A stretch of DNA of 64,000 nucleotides from Laetmonice hystrix (taxonomy: Eukaryota): contig OZ249436.1 of assembly GCA_965235115.1 (NCBI GenBank), positions 15,500,001 to 15,564,000 on the forward strand. The letters are read 5' to 3'. Position 1 is the stretch's first letter, and the number at the start of each line of letters is the position of its first letter. A model generated the notes under the pieces. It did not search any database. It was not told where the DNA came from and saw nothing but the letters and a program-made list of their open reading frames with translations. Shown in pieces: positions 40,351 to 50,654 of this stretch. Made by a program: the position numbers and the translations under genes.

Positions 40351-43300
40351 TTAATTCAATGTCCTTTCCAAAAGAACTAGTTTGGTGATTGGTCTCACCA
40401 CCTGTTTACCTCCGATTAACACTTTACAACTTCTTACCAGGCCATCTCGGGCCAGCTTACTTTCAAGAACCCGGCCCAGTGGCCATTGACCACGGGGAAC
40501 ACTTTGGTCCACTACCAACACCAGATCATCGACCTCTACATTTGATTTCTTTTCAGACCATTTTGGTCTCATCTGTAGAGTTGACAAATACTCCTTCAAC
40601 CATCGCCGCCAAAATTGAGAGACGACATACTGCACGTGTCTCCACTGTCGCTTATAAACATCAGCCTGAGTAAAGCTCCCCCAAGATAGCGACTGGGAGC
40701 CCCTGAGGAGGAGTAGATGATTGGGAGTGAGAGCCACATCATCACACGTATCCTCACTGACTTTGGTCATGGGTCTACTGTTCACGACACTTTTAACTTC
40801 GCAAAACACTGTACACAACCCCTCATGCGCCATACTATGCTCGGGTCTAACAATAGCGCACAGGACCCGTCTAACAGTCCTGATCATCCTCTCCCACACC
40901 CCTCCTTGATGAGAGGCATAGGGAGGATTAAACACCCACTCCACCATATTTCGACCGGCATGTTCCACCACTCTGGTACGATTAAGATTGACCAAACTAC
41001 CACGAAGCTCTCTTTGTGCCCCAACAAAATTAGTGCCATTATCTGACCATACCTTGCGGGGATATCCTCGTCTGGCAACAAACCTGACAAACCCATTGAT
41101 GAACGAGTCCGTCTCTAAACTAGCCAGAACCTCCAGATGTATCGCTCGAGTGGAGAAACATGAGAACACACACCCATATCTCTTCACATGAGCTCGACCT
41201 TGCTTGACAAGAAATGGACCGAACAGATCCACTCCGACATACATGAACGGCGGACATGACGCAACTACCCGCTCGGGGGGTAGATCTGCCATCTTTTGGA
41301 CAACTGGCGCTCCATACAACCTTTTACACATCACACAACGCTTCTTAGCCTGCTTGACCAAGCTACGACACTTGACTATCCAATATTCAGTTCGTATACG
41401 ACTTAGAGTCCACTCCACTCCTAAATGAGCATAACTATGATACTCATCGACAATGCGTTTGGACAACTCGTGCTCATACGGCAAGATCACCGGATGCTTG
41501 GCTTCATCACACACTGAGGCCTGAGACAACCTACCACCCACAACAATCAAATCTTCTTTGATCAAGGGACAAAGCTTAACTATCTTACTCGACCTCATGA
41601 CCTTTCCAACAGACCTCAACATCTCAACCTCTTTAGGGTAGCATTGGCTTTGAACATGCAAGAGGAGAAGCTTCCTCGCCGCCTTTAAATCCGGCACTGA
41701 TGGTAACTCCTTCGACACCTTACGCCCCAGTAGAACATCCTTCCACCTTAGGACATAAACAACTGCCTTACACAACCTGTGGAAAGACGAGTAATGCGAA
41801 CACAAATCCTCTAAAGGGTGGGACGAAACCAGTACAACTGAGTGCGACACAGTTTCAATTTTCGCTTCACCTTCCTGACACAAATCTACATCCTGAGGCG
41901 GTGATAATCGCCACTTATCCCGATGCTTCCCGAGAAAGGCCGGACCTTCTAACCACAAAGGCTCCTTGATTCTCTTCACGTCACCACGTGACAAGACATC
42001 AGCTGGATTATCACGACCGGGCACGTGATACCACTGAGAAGGCAAGCTGTGCTGCCGAATGTACGCAACCCTATTCGCCACAAAAACCTTAAACCGTCTG
42101 GTTTCGTTCCGGATATAGGCCAACGTAATCTGACTATCTGACCAAAACGAGGATGATACTATCTCAATGTCTAAGGCACGGTTTACCAACACTCCCAACT
42201 TGACTGCTTCCACCGCGGCGCATAACTCCAACCGCGGGATGGTAACGGACTTCAGGGGGGCCAATCTAGCTTTACTAGCAAGTAGCGTGACACAAATCTG
42301 ACCCTTCCAGTTCAGGCAACGGACATAACAGCACGCCCCATACCCCGACTCACTTGCATCACAGAACAGATGGAGTTCATACACTCCACCACTAAACTCC
42401 CTGGGAACTACACACCGAGGAAACTTCACATCCGAGATAGACGCCAAAGACTCGATCCAGATTTCCCATTGCCTGACAATTTCCGGGGGAACTGGAACAT
42501 CCCAGGCCAAACCAAGCCGTGTCGCTAACTGGAACACCATTCTACCCCTAAAGACAATGGGCGAGATCAGACCCATGGGATCATACATAGAGGACACAAC
42601 CCCAAGCATTACCCTACGCGTGAAGGGAGCTTCACCTGTACCCTTACTCACATACACAAACTCATCCTTATCAACATTCCACCTAACTCCTAACGTCTTA
42701 CACCATCTCTCATTAGCAATATCCTTGTTCTCCAAACCTCTATCGCTCTCTGGAACAACAGCTAGTAAATCAGGATCATTGACGATGAACTTTGTCAAAC
42801 GAAAACCACCATACGACAACGTTTCACGCACACCCTGGAGGACATCAACTGCTTCCTCTTTACTGGGCACACTACGGAGCATGTCATCTACGTAGAAACT
42901 ACGATTGATGACATCCGTGACCAACTCGCTCGGATCTGTATCCAGCACCGTACGTCTCAACGCATACACACTACTGCTAGCACACCAGACCCCTCCAAAG
43001 AGATGTGACGTCATCCTGAACTCTTGGACTCTACCATTGACTGACCAAAGATATCTCAGGCAATTCCTGTCCTCCACTGGGATCTTTACCTGATGGTACA
43101 TGGCTTCTATGTCACCCGTTACCGCCCACGGGAACTGCCGGAACCGTAACAACACGTCCACGAGAGAGTTATTAAGATCAGGACCCTTCTTACACTGGTT
43201 GTTAAGGCTGACATCCCTCAAAGTAGCCGCGCAATCATAAACTATCCTGACCTTACCAGGTTTTGCCTCACTAAGTACTGCCCGATGGGGAAGATACCAG

Positions 43301-45483
43301 ACAGTACCATCCGCCAAATCTAACTGATCCTCAGGGACAGATTCAGCATAACCATCCGCCACCATCTTATGAATATTTCTATCATACGCGGACACCATCT
43401 GAGACTTCACAAGTTTCCTATCCAAATTCCTAAGCCGGCCCTCAGCCATACCTTTATTGTTAGGGAATGAGGGCGTCCCTCCGCGCCACGGAATTGGAAG
43501 CTCATAATGACCCTCTACCCGACGGACACGATCGTCCCATAAGGACAGAACCTCAACATCTTCCTGAGAATAACCGACCTCTTCTTCTCCATCCCTCTCA
43601 CACCGCCATAGGTTCTCTACCTGTTCCTCAATACTAACGTGATGACACACTACATCTCGGGTGGGCCAACCATTAGTGGGTCCCAACATTGTCCAACCTA
43701 ACCGGGTACGTGACGCATACATCCCTGTAGACTTATCTGGGTGAACTTCCAAGGGCATTATAAGAGGAACATTATCTACCCCAATCAACAGATCAATTAG
43801 AGCATCCCTTGGGACCAGCTGAATGGGAAAACGTCGGACCAGAGGACTCCTAGACCCATCCCAATCTTTAGGGAATTTAGCCGGTATATGAGGAACAACA
43901 AACACCCTATTCAAGCGGTATGTCTCCCCCCTTGCTGCGGACGCTACGTTGAACGATACCACCTCTGCTTCCGTACTAGTCGACCCATGTAATGTAGACA
44001 TGTCACAACTAACGCGATTACGATCTAATCTTAGCCTACTGGCCAACCGTTCACTGACAAATGAGGAAGTTGCTGCAGAATCTAACAGTGCAAACGCAGT
44101 GTGCTTACCATTTCCCTGCACCTTGACTATCGGCAGTAGAACACTAGAACTCATGCTCGCGGCATTAGCAACATACTCTGCTTGAGGCGGAACCCTTGTG
44201 CCTGGAGGTCTACTCTGTGGTCTCCAATTGTCTACATGAAGAAACTTAGTGTGCTTCCTACCACATCCCTTAACCGAGCACACACTGTTTTTACGACATT
44301 TACCTGTAAAATGACCTGGCAAAAGACAATTAAAGCACAATTTGAACTTTCTCACCAATTCATACCGAGCTACAGTTGGCATTTGCTTAAATTGGTTGCA
44401 ATGGAACAAATGATGAGGCTCATGACATAGTACACACGGTTCTACACCCAGGTCATCATAGACTCGCTCGTGAACATGTACTTCAGATGCAAATGTACTA
44501 ATAGCACCACCTTTACCGTAGGCAGCCGAGTCTCCCCCGTAGTGGGGATCGCAAGTCTCGACTGCAATGTCCACCATAAACTCCACAAAGACTTCAAAAT
44601 CGGGATAATCATCATGTACTTTCAAATGGCTCATAGCCGTCTGTTTCCACCTGTTCGTAATGTACGGTTTACACCTGCGGAGAATCTCAAGAATGCTGGT
44701 TTGGTTGTTAATTTCAGAGAGCTTACCTATAGACTCCAGCACCGACCAAGCCATCTGCAAATCGTCGGCAAGCTGTTGTAGGTCAGCGGGCCGTGTAACA
44801 CTCTTACCTCTTTTTAGATCTGTGATTACTCTCTGAGATATAAGATGAGGATTACCGAACCTACTCGTTAGAATTTCCCGAGCTTGAGTATAACCTTTTT
44901 CACCACCTATTATAGCACAATTGCGAATGGCCGCCCTAGCTACACCTCCCGTGTACTGGAGAAGCTGCGTTAGTTTCATCTGAACATCACAATCGGACTT
45001 ATCTACCAGCTGATTGAATATTGCCATAAACGTTTGGAAATTTGCCGGATTACCAGTAAAAGTTTCAATCTCTAACCTAGGTAAATACATCAAGTTACCA
45101 TGATTACGCGCTACACTCGGGTGTCCTTGACCCACAGACGCATCTGATTTCTCATCTTTAACCTCCCCCAAAGCAACTTGACTCGCACTTCTCGGGATGG
45201 ACACACTCGACAAAAAAGACATGGTTTCTTTAATTTGAACAACATACGCTTTTTCAACATCGTTAAACCAGATTTCACTAGGTTCTAGAGATTGTTCATC
45301 GTCACCTAAAGTCCCATGATAAGCATCATGTGCGTCTTCTAACTCCTTGAAGGCGTCTTTCGCTTCCTTCAGTCGTGACACAACCAGTTCGCTGTCCTGT
45401 TCACTGACGGCTCTGCCCAGAGCCCCCAGTCGACGCGTTAACGCTGCCTTCTTGTTGCGTCGAGCTGCTTTCAGGTCTGCCAT
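40351..45483 (-). CDS. BEL/Pao gag-pol polyprotein (about 1710 aa from ATG 45483)
   Basis: Uninterrupted ORF with gag region (LPRLEIETFTG), three BEL-type Cys/His knuckles (CVLCHEPHHLFHC, CFNCLLPGHFTGKC, CSVKGCGRKHTKFLH), protease LLDSAATSSF, RT YVDD, RNase H FCDASESGYG, and integrase HHCC plus D(VGVDL)-D(WSDNG)-E(VWERM). Order PR-RT-RH-IN; no env. Confidence 0.96.
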   Translation of the reverse strand: MADLKAARRNKKAALTRRLGALGRAVSEQDSELVVSRLKEAKDAFKELEDAHDAYHGTLGDDEQSLEPSEIWFNDVEKAYVVQIKETMSFLSSVSIPRSASQVALGEVKDEKSDASVGQGHPSVARNHGNLMYLPRLEIETFTGNPANFQTFMAIFNQLVDKSDCDVQMKLTQLLQYTGGVARAAIRNCAIIGGEKGYTQAREILTSRFGNPHLISQRVITDLKRGKSVTRPADLQQLADDLQMAWSVLESIGKLSEINNQTSILEILRRCKPYITNRWKQTAMSHLKVHDDYPDFEVFVEFMVDIAVETCDPHYGGDSAAYGKGGAISTFASEVHVHERVYDDLGVEPCVLCHEPHHLFHCNQFKQMPTVARYELVRKFKLCFNCLLPGHFTGKCRKNSVCSVKGCGRKHTKFLHVDNWRPQSRPPGTRVPPQAEYVANAASMSSSVLLPIVKVQGNGKHTAFALLDSAATSSFVSERLASRLRLDRNRVSCDMSTLHGSTSTEAEVVSFNVASAARGETYRLNRVFVVPHIPAKFPKDWDGSRSPLVRRFPIQLVPRDALIDLLIGVDNVPLIMPLEVHPDKSTGMYASRTRLGWTMLGPTNGWPTRDVVCHHVSIEEQVENLWRCERDGEEEVGYSQEDVEVLSLWDDRVRRVEGHYELPIPWRGGTPSFPNNKGMAEGRLRNLDRKLVKSQMVSAYDRNIHKMVADGYAESVPEDQLDLADGTVWYLPHRAVLSEAKPGKVRIVYDCAATLRDVSLNNQCKKGPDLNNSLVDVLLRFRQFPWAVTGDIEAMYHQVKIPVEDRNCLRYLWSVNGRVQEFRMTSHLFGGVWCASSSVYALRRTVLDTDPSELVTDVINRSFYVDDMLRSVPSKEEAVDVLQGVRETLSYGGFRLTKFIVNDPDLLAVVPESDRGLENKDIANERWCKTLGVRWNVDKDEFVYVSKGTGEAPFTRRVMLGVVSSMYDPMGLISPIVFRGRMVFQLATRLGLAWDVPVPPEIVRQWEIWIESLASISDVKFPRCVVPREFSGGVYELHLFCDASESGYGACCYVRCLNWKGQICVTLLASKARLAPLKSVTIPRLELCAAVEAVKLGVLVNRALDIEIVSSSFWSDSQITLAYIRNETRRFKVFVANRVAYIRQHSLPSQWYHVPGRDNPADVLSRGDVKRIKEPLWLEGPAFLGKHRDKWRLSPPQDVDLCQEGEAKIETVSHSVVLVSSHPLEDLCSHYSSFHRLCKAVVYVLRWKDVLLGRKVSKELPSVPDLKAARKLLLLHVQSQCYPKEVEMLRSVGKVMRSSKIVKLCPLIKEDLIVVGGRLSQASVCDEAKHPVILPYEHELSKRIVDEYHSYAHLGVEWTLSRIRTEYWIVKCRSLVKQAKKRCVMCKRLYGAPVVQKMADLPPERVVASCPPFMYVGVDLFGPFLVKQGRAHVKRYGCVFSCFSTRAIHLEVLASLETDSFINGFVRFVARRGYPRKVWSDNGTNFVGAQRELRGSLVNLNRTRVVEHAGRNMVEWVFNPPYASHQGGVWERMIRTVRRVLCAIVRPEHSMAHEGLCTVFCEVKSVVNSRPMTKVSEDTCDDVALTPNHLLLLRGSQSLSWGSFTQADVYKRQWRHVQYVVSQFWRRWLKEYLSTLQMRPKWSEKKSNVEVDDLVLVVDQSVPRGQWPLGRVLESKLARDGLVRSCKVLIGGKQVVRPITKLVLLERTLN

Positions 45484-45517
45484 GGTGATGATGTTCTTCA
45501 AGACCGTTTGAATTCAC

Positions 45518-46296
45518 TGTAGCGTTCCCCAGGGAAAACTGACGCAAACAGTCATGAGTGGTTCCAACATGTTTTATTCGACGCGCACAGCCGCGCAGCC
45601 CCATCCAAAGTTATGCGTCGCCATGCGTAACCATGCGTAGCAAAGCTTAGCTATGAGCAGCATACGGCATGCGGTGAACTACAAAGCATAAATAAGCAAG
45701 CAAATAAGGCTAGGCACACAAAGTAAGGAACATGCGTTATATCAAGCTAAGGCAATAACCAAGCGCACATGAGCAATGCATCTGCTAACATTAGAAACTC
45801 TACGTATTTCAGGCTTACAGAACATTACACTGCACACGAACCATGCATACATGTAACTGAATATCGCATACAAATCACATGTCTTACAACATAACACGCG
45901 AGCAACACTTACTTCAAACATGCGCCCTTCAGGGAAACGCCATCAGACACACAATATCGCCTTTATACTCTTAGTACGTAAGGGCACCATTGCATGCACA
46001 CGACGAAGGCGGCAGCCAAACTCTCTGCGCCATAAAGGACCGCCTCGTCACCGTCTGACTCGGACCGAGTCCCTCTGACCACCGATAACCAGGTGCCTCT
46101 GACCACTGACCACTCAAACCGTACCGGTCACCTCAGGAATGTCCTCATTAATATTCAAGGAAATAGGCCACACCACCTGGCGTGCTCTCCCAGCAATTAC
46201 ATCTCCCGAAACCCGTCACTAGGTGTCACCACTGTATTAAAGGGAAAGGAATCTCCCGCCAACTTCTACCCTACTTAGTACTAGAAGTACACAACA
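45518..46296 (-). repeat. 5' LTR of BEL element
   Basis: Matches 39491-40269; no difference noticed by eye and the same 61-aa ORF appears in both. Confidence 0.95.
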
Positions 46297-46613
46297 CCTC
46301 CTCTGTTTATCCTGTGGTGACTCTGACTTGTACAAAATAAGGGCCTACAGGGCGTTAAGTTGAAAAAAGAATCTTGTCAGTCGAGAGCCTGTAGAGATTA
46401 CCTAATAATTATTGCATGACTTTCAGGACATCTTTCAGATGACGATCCAGGGCATGCATCCTTCAAGATATTCTGAAAGGGGAACTATAAGCTTTTACAT
46501 CAGTAATGGGATTCTCACGGCCATAAATTACAAAAATATGTATAACCCAGTTTTATCCATGTATTGAGCTTGGTTACAGCATGTTAAAACATAAAATCTT
46601 TTATTCTATTCTT

Positions 46614-46663
46614 AAGGTGGTCCCCGAGTAAAAGGTGGTCCCCGAGTAAAAGGTGGTCCCCGA
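46614..46663. repeat. 18-bp tandem repeat x3 after TTAA (possible truncated TIR-element end)
   Basis: aaggtggtccccgagtaa twice plus aaggtggtccccga; begins at TTAA|GGTGG. Confidence 0.8.
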
Positions 46664-46888
46664 AAAAAAAAACTGTTTGTCATACTTCTACTCTAGATTT
46701 TTGAGGTCGGAGACCACATAAATCCATTGTATGTTATTTGTGGTAACAACTTCAGGTTTTGCCCTCTTGAATTAAAGTGTTAAAAAGCTTGTTTCCAAAG
46801 TGACCTGTTGAATCTCATGTTGTCGAGGTGGCATGAGGTGGCAGGCTAATGGTATGAAAATACTTTCAACAACCAAATCAATGGGGTT

Positions 46889-47157
46889 CTAGCTAAAGAT
46901 AACTCTGAACATGCACATCTAGCGAAAGATAACTCTGAACATGCACATCTAGCGAAAGATAACTCTGAACATGTACATCTAGCGAAAGATAACTCTGAAC
47001 ATGCACATCTAGCGAAAGATAACTTTGAACATGTACATCTAGCGAAAGATAACTCTGAACATGTACATCTAGCGAAAGATAACTCTGAACATGCACATCT
47101 AGCGAAAGATAACTCTGAACATGCACATCTAGCGAAAGATAACTCCGAACATGCACA
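46889..47157. repeat. 30-bp minisatellite, 9 copies
   Basis: Unit ctagcgaaagataactctgaacatgcacat with few substitutions; explains repetitive ORFs 46846..47160 and 46893..47156. Confidence 0.97.
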
Positions 47158-50100
47158 CACGATAGTGTTGTACCTCTTCAGATGATAATTTATTCGGAAT
47201 CAACTTTTGCTGTTGACGTAAATGTTGACTTACATGCACACCCGTCGTAAAGTCCATCAAGCGGCTATCAACGGCTCACAGCAACTATTTTATCTTGGAA
47301 CGGGATCTGCCTGATTGTGCAGCCTGCGTGGAATTAGAGATAATTTGTAAAATGGCTGGTCGTTACACTTGGAATTCCCTGCTCTCTTCATTTATCTCAG
47401 CTGGGTTGGCATGAGGACTTGGTGATGGGGAAGTCAGATAGTGTCTGAGTGGTTGTAATTATATTATTTTTATCTCCGCGCTAGCATGACAAGCCACGGA
47501 CACCAATACACAAGCAACATAGAAGTCATTTTTCCTACATTCTGATTTCTCACGCATATTCCTCAGGTTCAATTACTACACATACTGACATATCACATTA
47601 ATTATAGAACTGTGTTAATTATTTACCATAAAGGAGCAGCATGCTACTGTCAGGACTTCTCAACGCATTCCTAATTTTGATCAAATCTAAAATGCCACCT
47701 TTATAGCGTAGATGTTGATGTTACTCACAGCCTCTCCCACCGGGCTTCAGTGTCAATCAAAGTATCACAAAACACTTTTCAACTCCCGGTGTCTTTAAAA
47801 TGTTGCGGTCTTGTAGTGGCTTCACGCCTTCAGCTGCCTCAGGGCTGTGAACCTGTGTGGCCGGGTGTATTAGAGCCATGTTGGAGCAGCAATAAGTGTG
47901 AAAATGACCAGTGTAATGGCGACAGCCAATTCTTAAGGTCAGTGTGCCCAAGGCTCTGAGTTAACCGACCGGCAATCCTTGGGCTAGTGAAGATTCAATC
48001 CCAACATTTCTGTTACTTGTCAGAGGGAAATCACTGCTTCCTCTGGGCTGTAATTATACATGTGAATTGAAAAGAAACTCCCTTTGAAGAACTTAGAGCA
48101 ATCTATCACAGTTCAGATATAGCATTTTGATTCTCGAGACTGCCAAAATATACTCTATGTGTACCTATCTCGTCGTCTTATCTAGATGGATGGAAGTTGG
48201 TACGAGGGTTTGTTGGGTGAAAGCCACTTTGTTCCTTACTGTCTATAATGATAACGCATGCCACTCTGCTGTATCGCTTTTTGTTTTCTACAACAGATGC
48301 CTTCCTGATGATAGAAAAAGATAAGCAGAGGAAAATTACCCCGCTGCTCTTTAAAGGTACGAAAAACTGTGGGCCATAAGATGATGATCTTTCCCATAGA
48401 CAAGGTGTAGACAATAGTGCCGATTGTTCCTTTTCAGTTCCACGTCGACTTTTGACTGTTAAAGTGTTTTTTTCTACCCATGTCTACCTGTCAGGTGTAT
48501 CAAATGAATGACCGAAGACCTCCACTTTCCTTATTTGTATGGGCAATTTATTTTTTATCAAACACCGCGGCTAACATACATCTCTTTTCCGAGCCAAGTC
48601 GCAACAGTGAAAGTCAAAAGGCTATTTGCGATCTGGTTATTACCTCAAACACCAAGCACACTAATAGACCACTAACTGCACCCAATCTTTGGAAAAAAAC
48701 CTACAAACCTGGTAATTAGCAGTAACTAAATAAGTAGTCCATGACTTGATATACTTAAGGAGAAACTTAAAACCATACTCAAGTTAAAGAGCCTCTAACG
48801 TCGTACCAAACACTAGACCCTATACCCTAATTCTCAGGCCTCGTCTTTGAAAGACACAAGTTGCCTGAGGAAAGCTAGTCTGAAAGGATGGTACGAGCGC
48901 GATGGGACAGACTTCAACAGTAAAAGGCAAACACAGGTGACTGGCAATATATTTTTATAAACACGGTAAAATTAACGGTTATTCTCTGGCCTAGCTATAC
49001 GTTACATGGCCCACCACCTGCCACAGAGGATATTTATCGGAACACTGGGCAATGCCTATAGTAACTTGATTTAGTTTCACGAGATGCGTATTTTTTTGAC
49101 CTTAGTGGTATTTACGGTCACGCGCCTAGAAAGAGATGTCCCGCAGCATCCATAGCCGTGTTCACACAGAACCGAAATATATCTGTGTGAACGCGTTATG
49201 TGGCCTGAGTAGTCTCGTTGGTTAAACCAAGAGACCTCTGTCTGAACACACAACTTGCTGGTTTAGCCCACAAGGGGGCGTTTCGCAAGCCACGTCTCGC
49301 GTGGTCAGCTTGTCACCGTCCGACCCGCCACCTGGTGTACTAAACCGCTTGGTGAATCTTGGCCGCCTGGCTGTCGTTATATCGTTTGTATCTGAACGCT
49401 AGACGGTAGATTCGGGTGAGCGAATGATCGGAATATAGGCCGAAACAGCTATACAGAATATCCTGTCTGAACACAGCTAAAATAAACCCAGCTGAATCTG
49501 TTTGTAGTGAGCATATAGGAAAGACACTGACTACATTTGTGATATTTTTTTCGATGATGATTTTTATTTTATTCATGATTCTGTAATGACAGTGTGTATC
49601 CTTGGCAAGCTTATTCCAGAACCACCAAGTTTTTGTTGACATCTGTTGACACATCACTAAATAGAAAACCTTTCTGACAACACGTGTCACTGGTGTCTCT
49701 AAATGGGAAATTCTAGTTACCCCCTGGTAGGTGTAACTTATCGGTAGCAGTCTCACAGCGGCAGTCACACCCATCATTATAAGGTATCAAACATAATATA
49801 CATACACAGTATATCGCTCATATATATTTATTTGGAACACTGACATTGACAGTTGATAACCCCGTATAGAAAGAGGGAAAATAAGAAGGGCTGCACCCCT
49901 TTCCTTATATCGCTGAGCTATATACTTAAGCATTGTGGTATAATTTCTTGTTTTCTCCGAAAATGTTATACAATAGAAAAAGGGACATAAATAAAAGAAT
50001 ATTTACTTTCAACCTTTTCTATTGAAATCAATAACTGATGATACTGTTGAAAATTTAACAACCTCAAAATTCCATTCCATTGACCTTTTCTGTCACCTTC

Positions 50101-50431
50101 GCCAGTCAACCATCAAGACATACATATTTGGGAGGCTCCAAATCCTGCCCATTGTTAAAATTATGCACAAAGTTTCCAATGCCGCAATTTTAATACTGCA
50201 TGCCCCAAAAACCTTTTTAAAGGGCTTTTTTCACTCACATGAATTGAAAAATTAACTTCCATCAGTAGAAACCCTGATCATTCGCCATATTACTGTAAAC
50301 CCCTAAATAAAGGTTACAATCTGCCTTGCTCATGCGAAAGACAAAGAGCATGACGAATAACAAAACTTTAACATCAGTAACATAACAACTCAACTCTGAC
50401 AACGAGCCAACTGCGGACCTTGACTATAGAC

Positions 50432-50654
50432 GTACCCCGTCACTGTGTGAACCAGCGGGACAGCACACTAAACGCCATGTCAAAGGTACGCAGGGCAGGG
50501 TGGGTTACCCTGTCACCGTGTGAACCAGCGGGACAGCACACCAAACACCTTGTCAAAGGTACGCAGGGCAGGGTGGGTTACCCTGTCACCGTGTGAACCA
50601 GCGGGACAGCACACCAAACGCCATGTCAAAGGTACGCAGGGCAGGGTGGGTACC
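50432..50654 (-). repeat. 73-bp tandem repeat x3 derived from the NBAS terminal codons and stop
   Basis: gtcac at 50439, 50512, 50585 (period 73). The unit encodes GTHPALRTFDMAFGVLSRWFTR*; the copy at 50586-50654 is the real CDS end. Confidence 0.93.

Larger units (their letters stand above)
39491..46296 (-). mobile_element. Full-length BEL/Pao LTR retrotransposon (6806 bp)
   Basis: Two 779-bp direct repeats with TG...CA termini; 5-bp TSD CCTCC (39486-39490, 46297-46301); PPT next to the left LTR; single gag-pol ORF. Confidence 0.97.

Noticed and set aside
40389-44781. Many plus-strand ORFs of 60-112 aa
   Set aside because: Antisense shadows of the gag-pol ORF.
46846-47160. Repetitive Cys-rich ORFs (CACSELSFAR)n, and the 1371-1532 array considered as CRISPR-like
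   Set aside because: Head-to-tail minisatellites with no spacers, no cas genes and a eukaryotic context; translation is a by-product of unit lengths divisible by 3.
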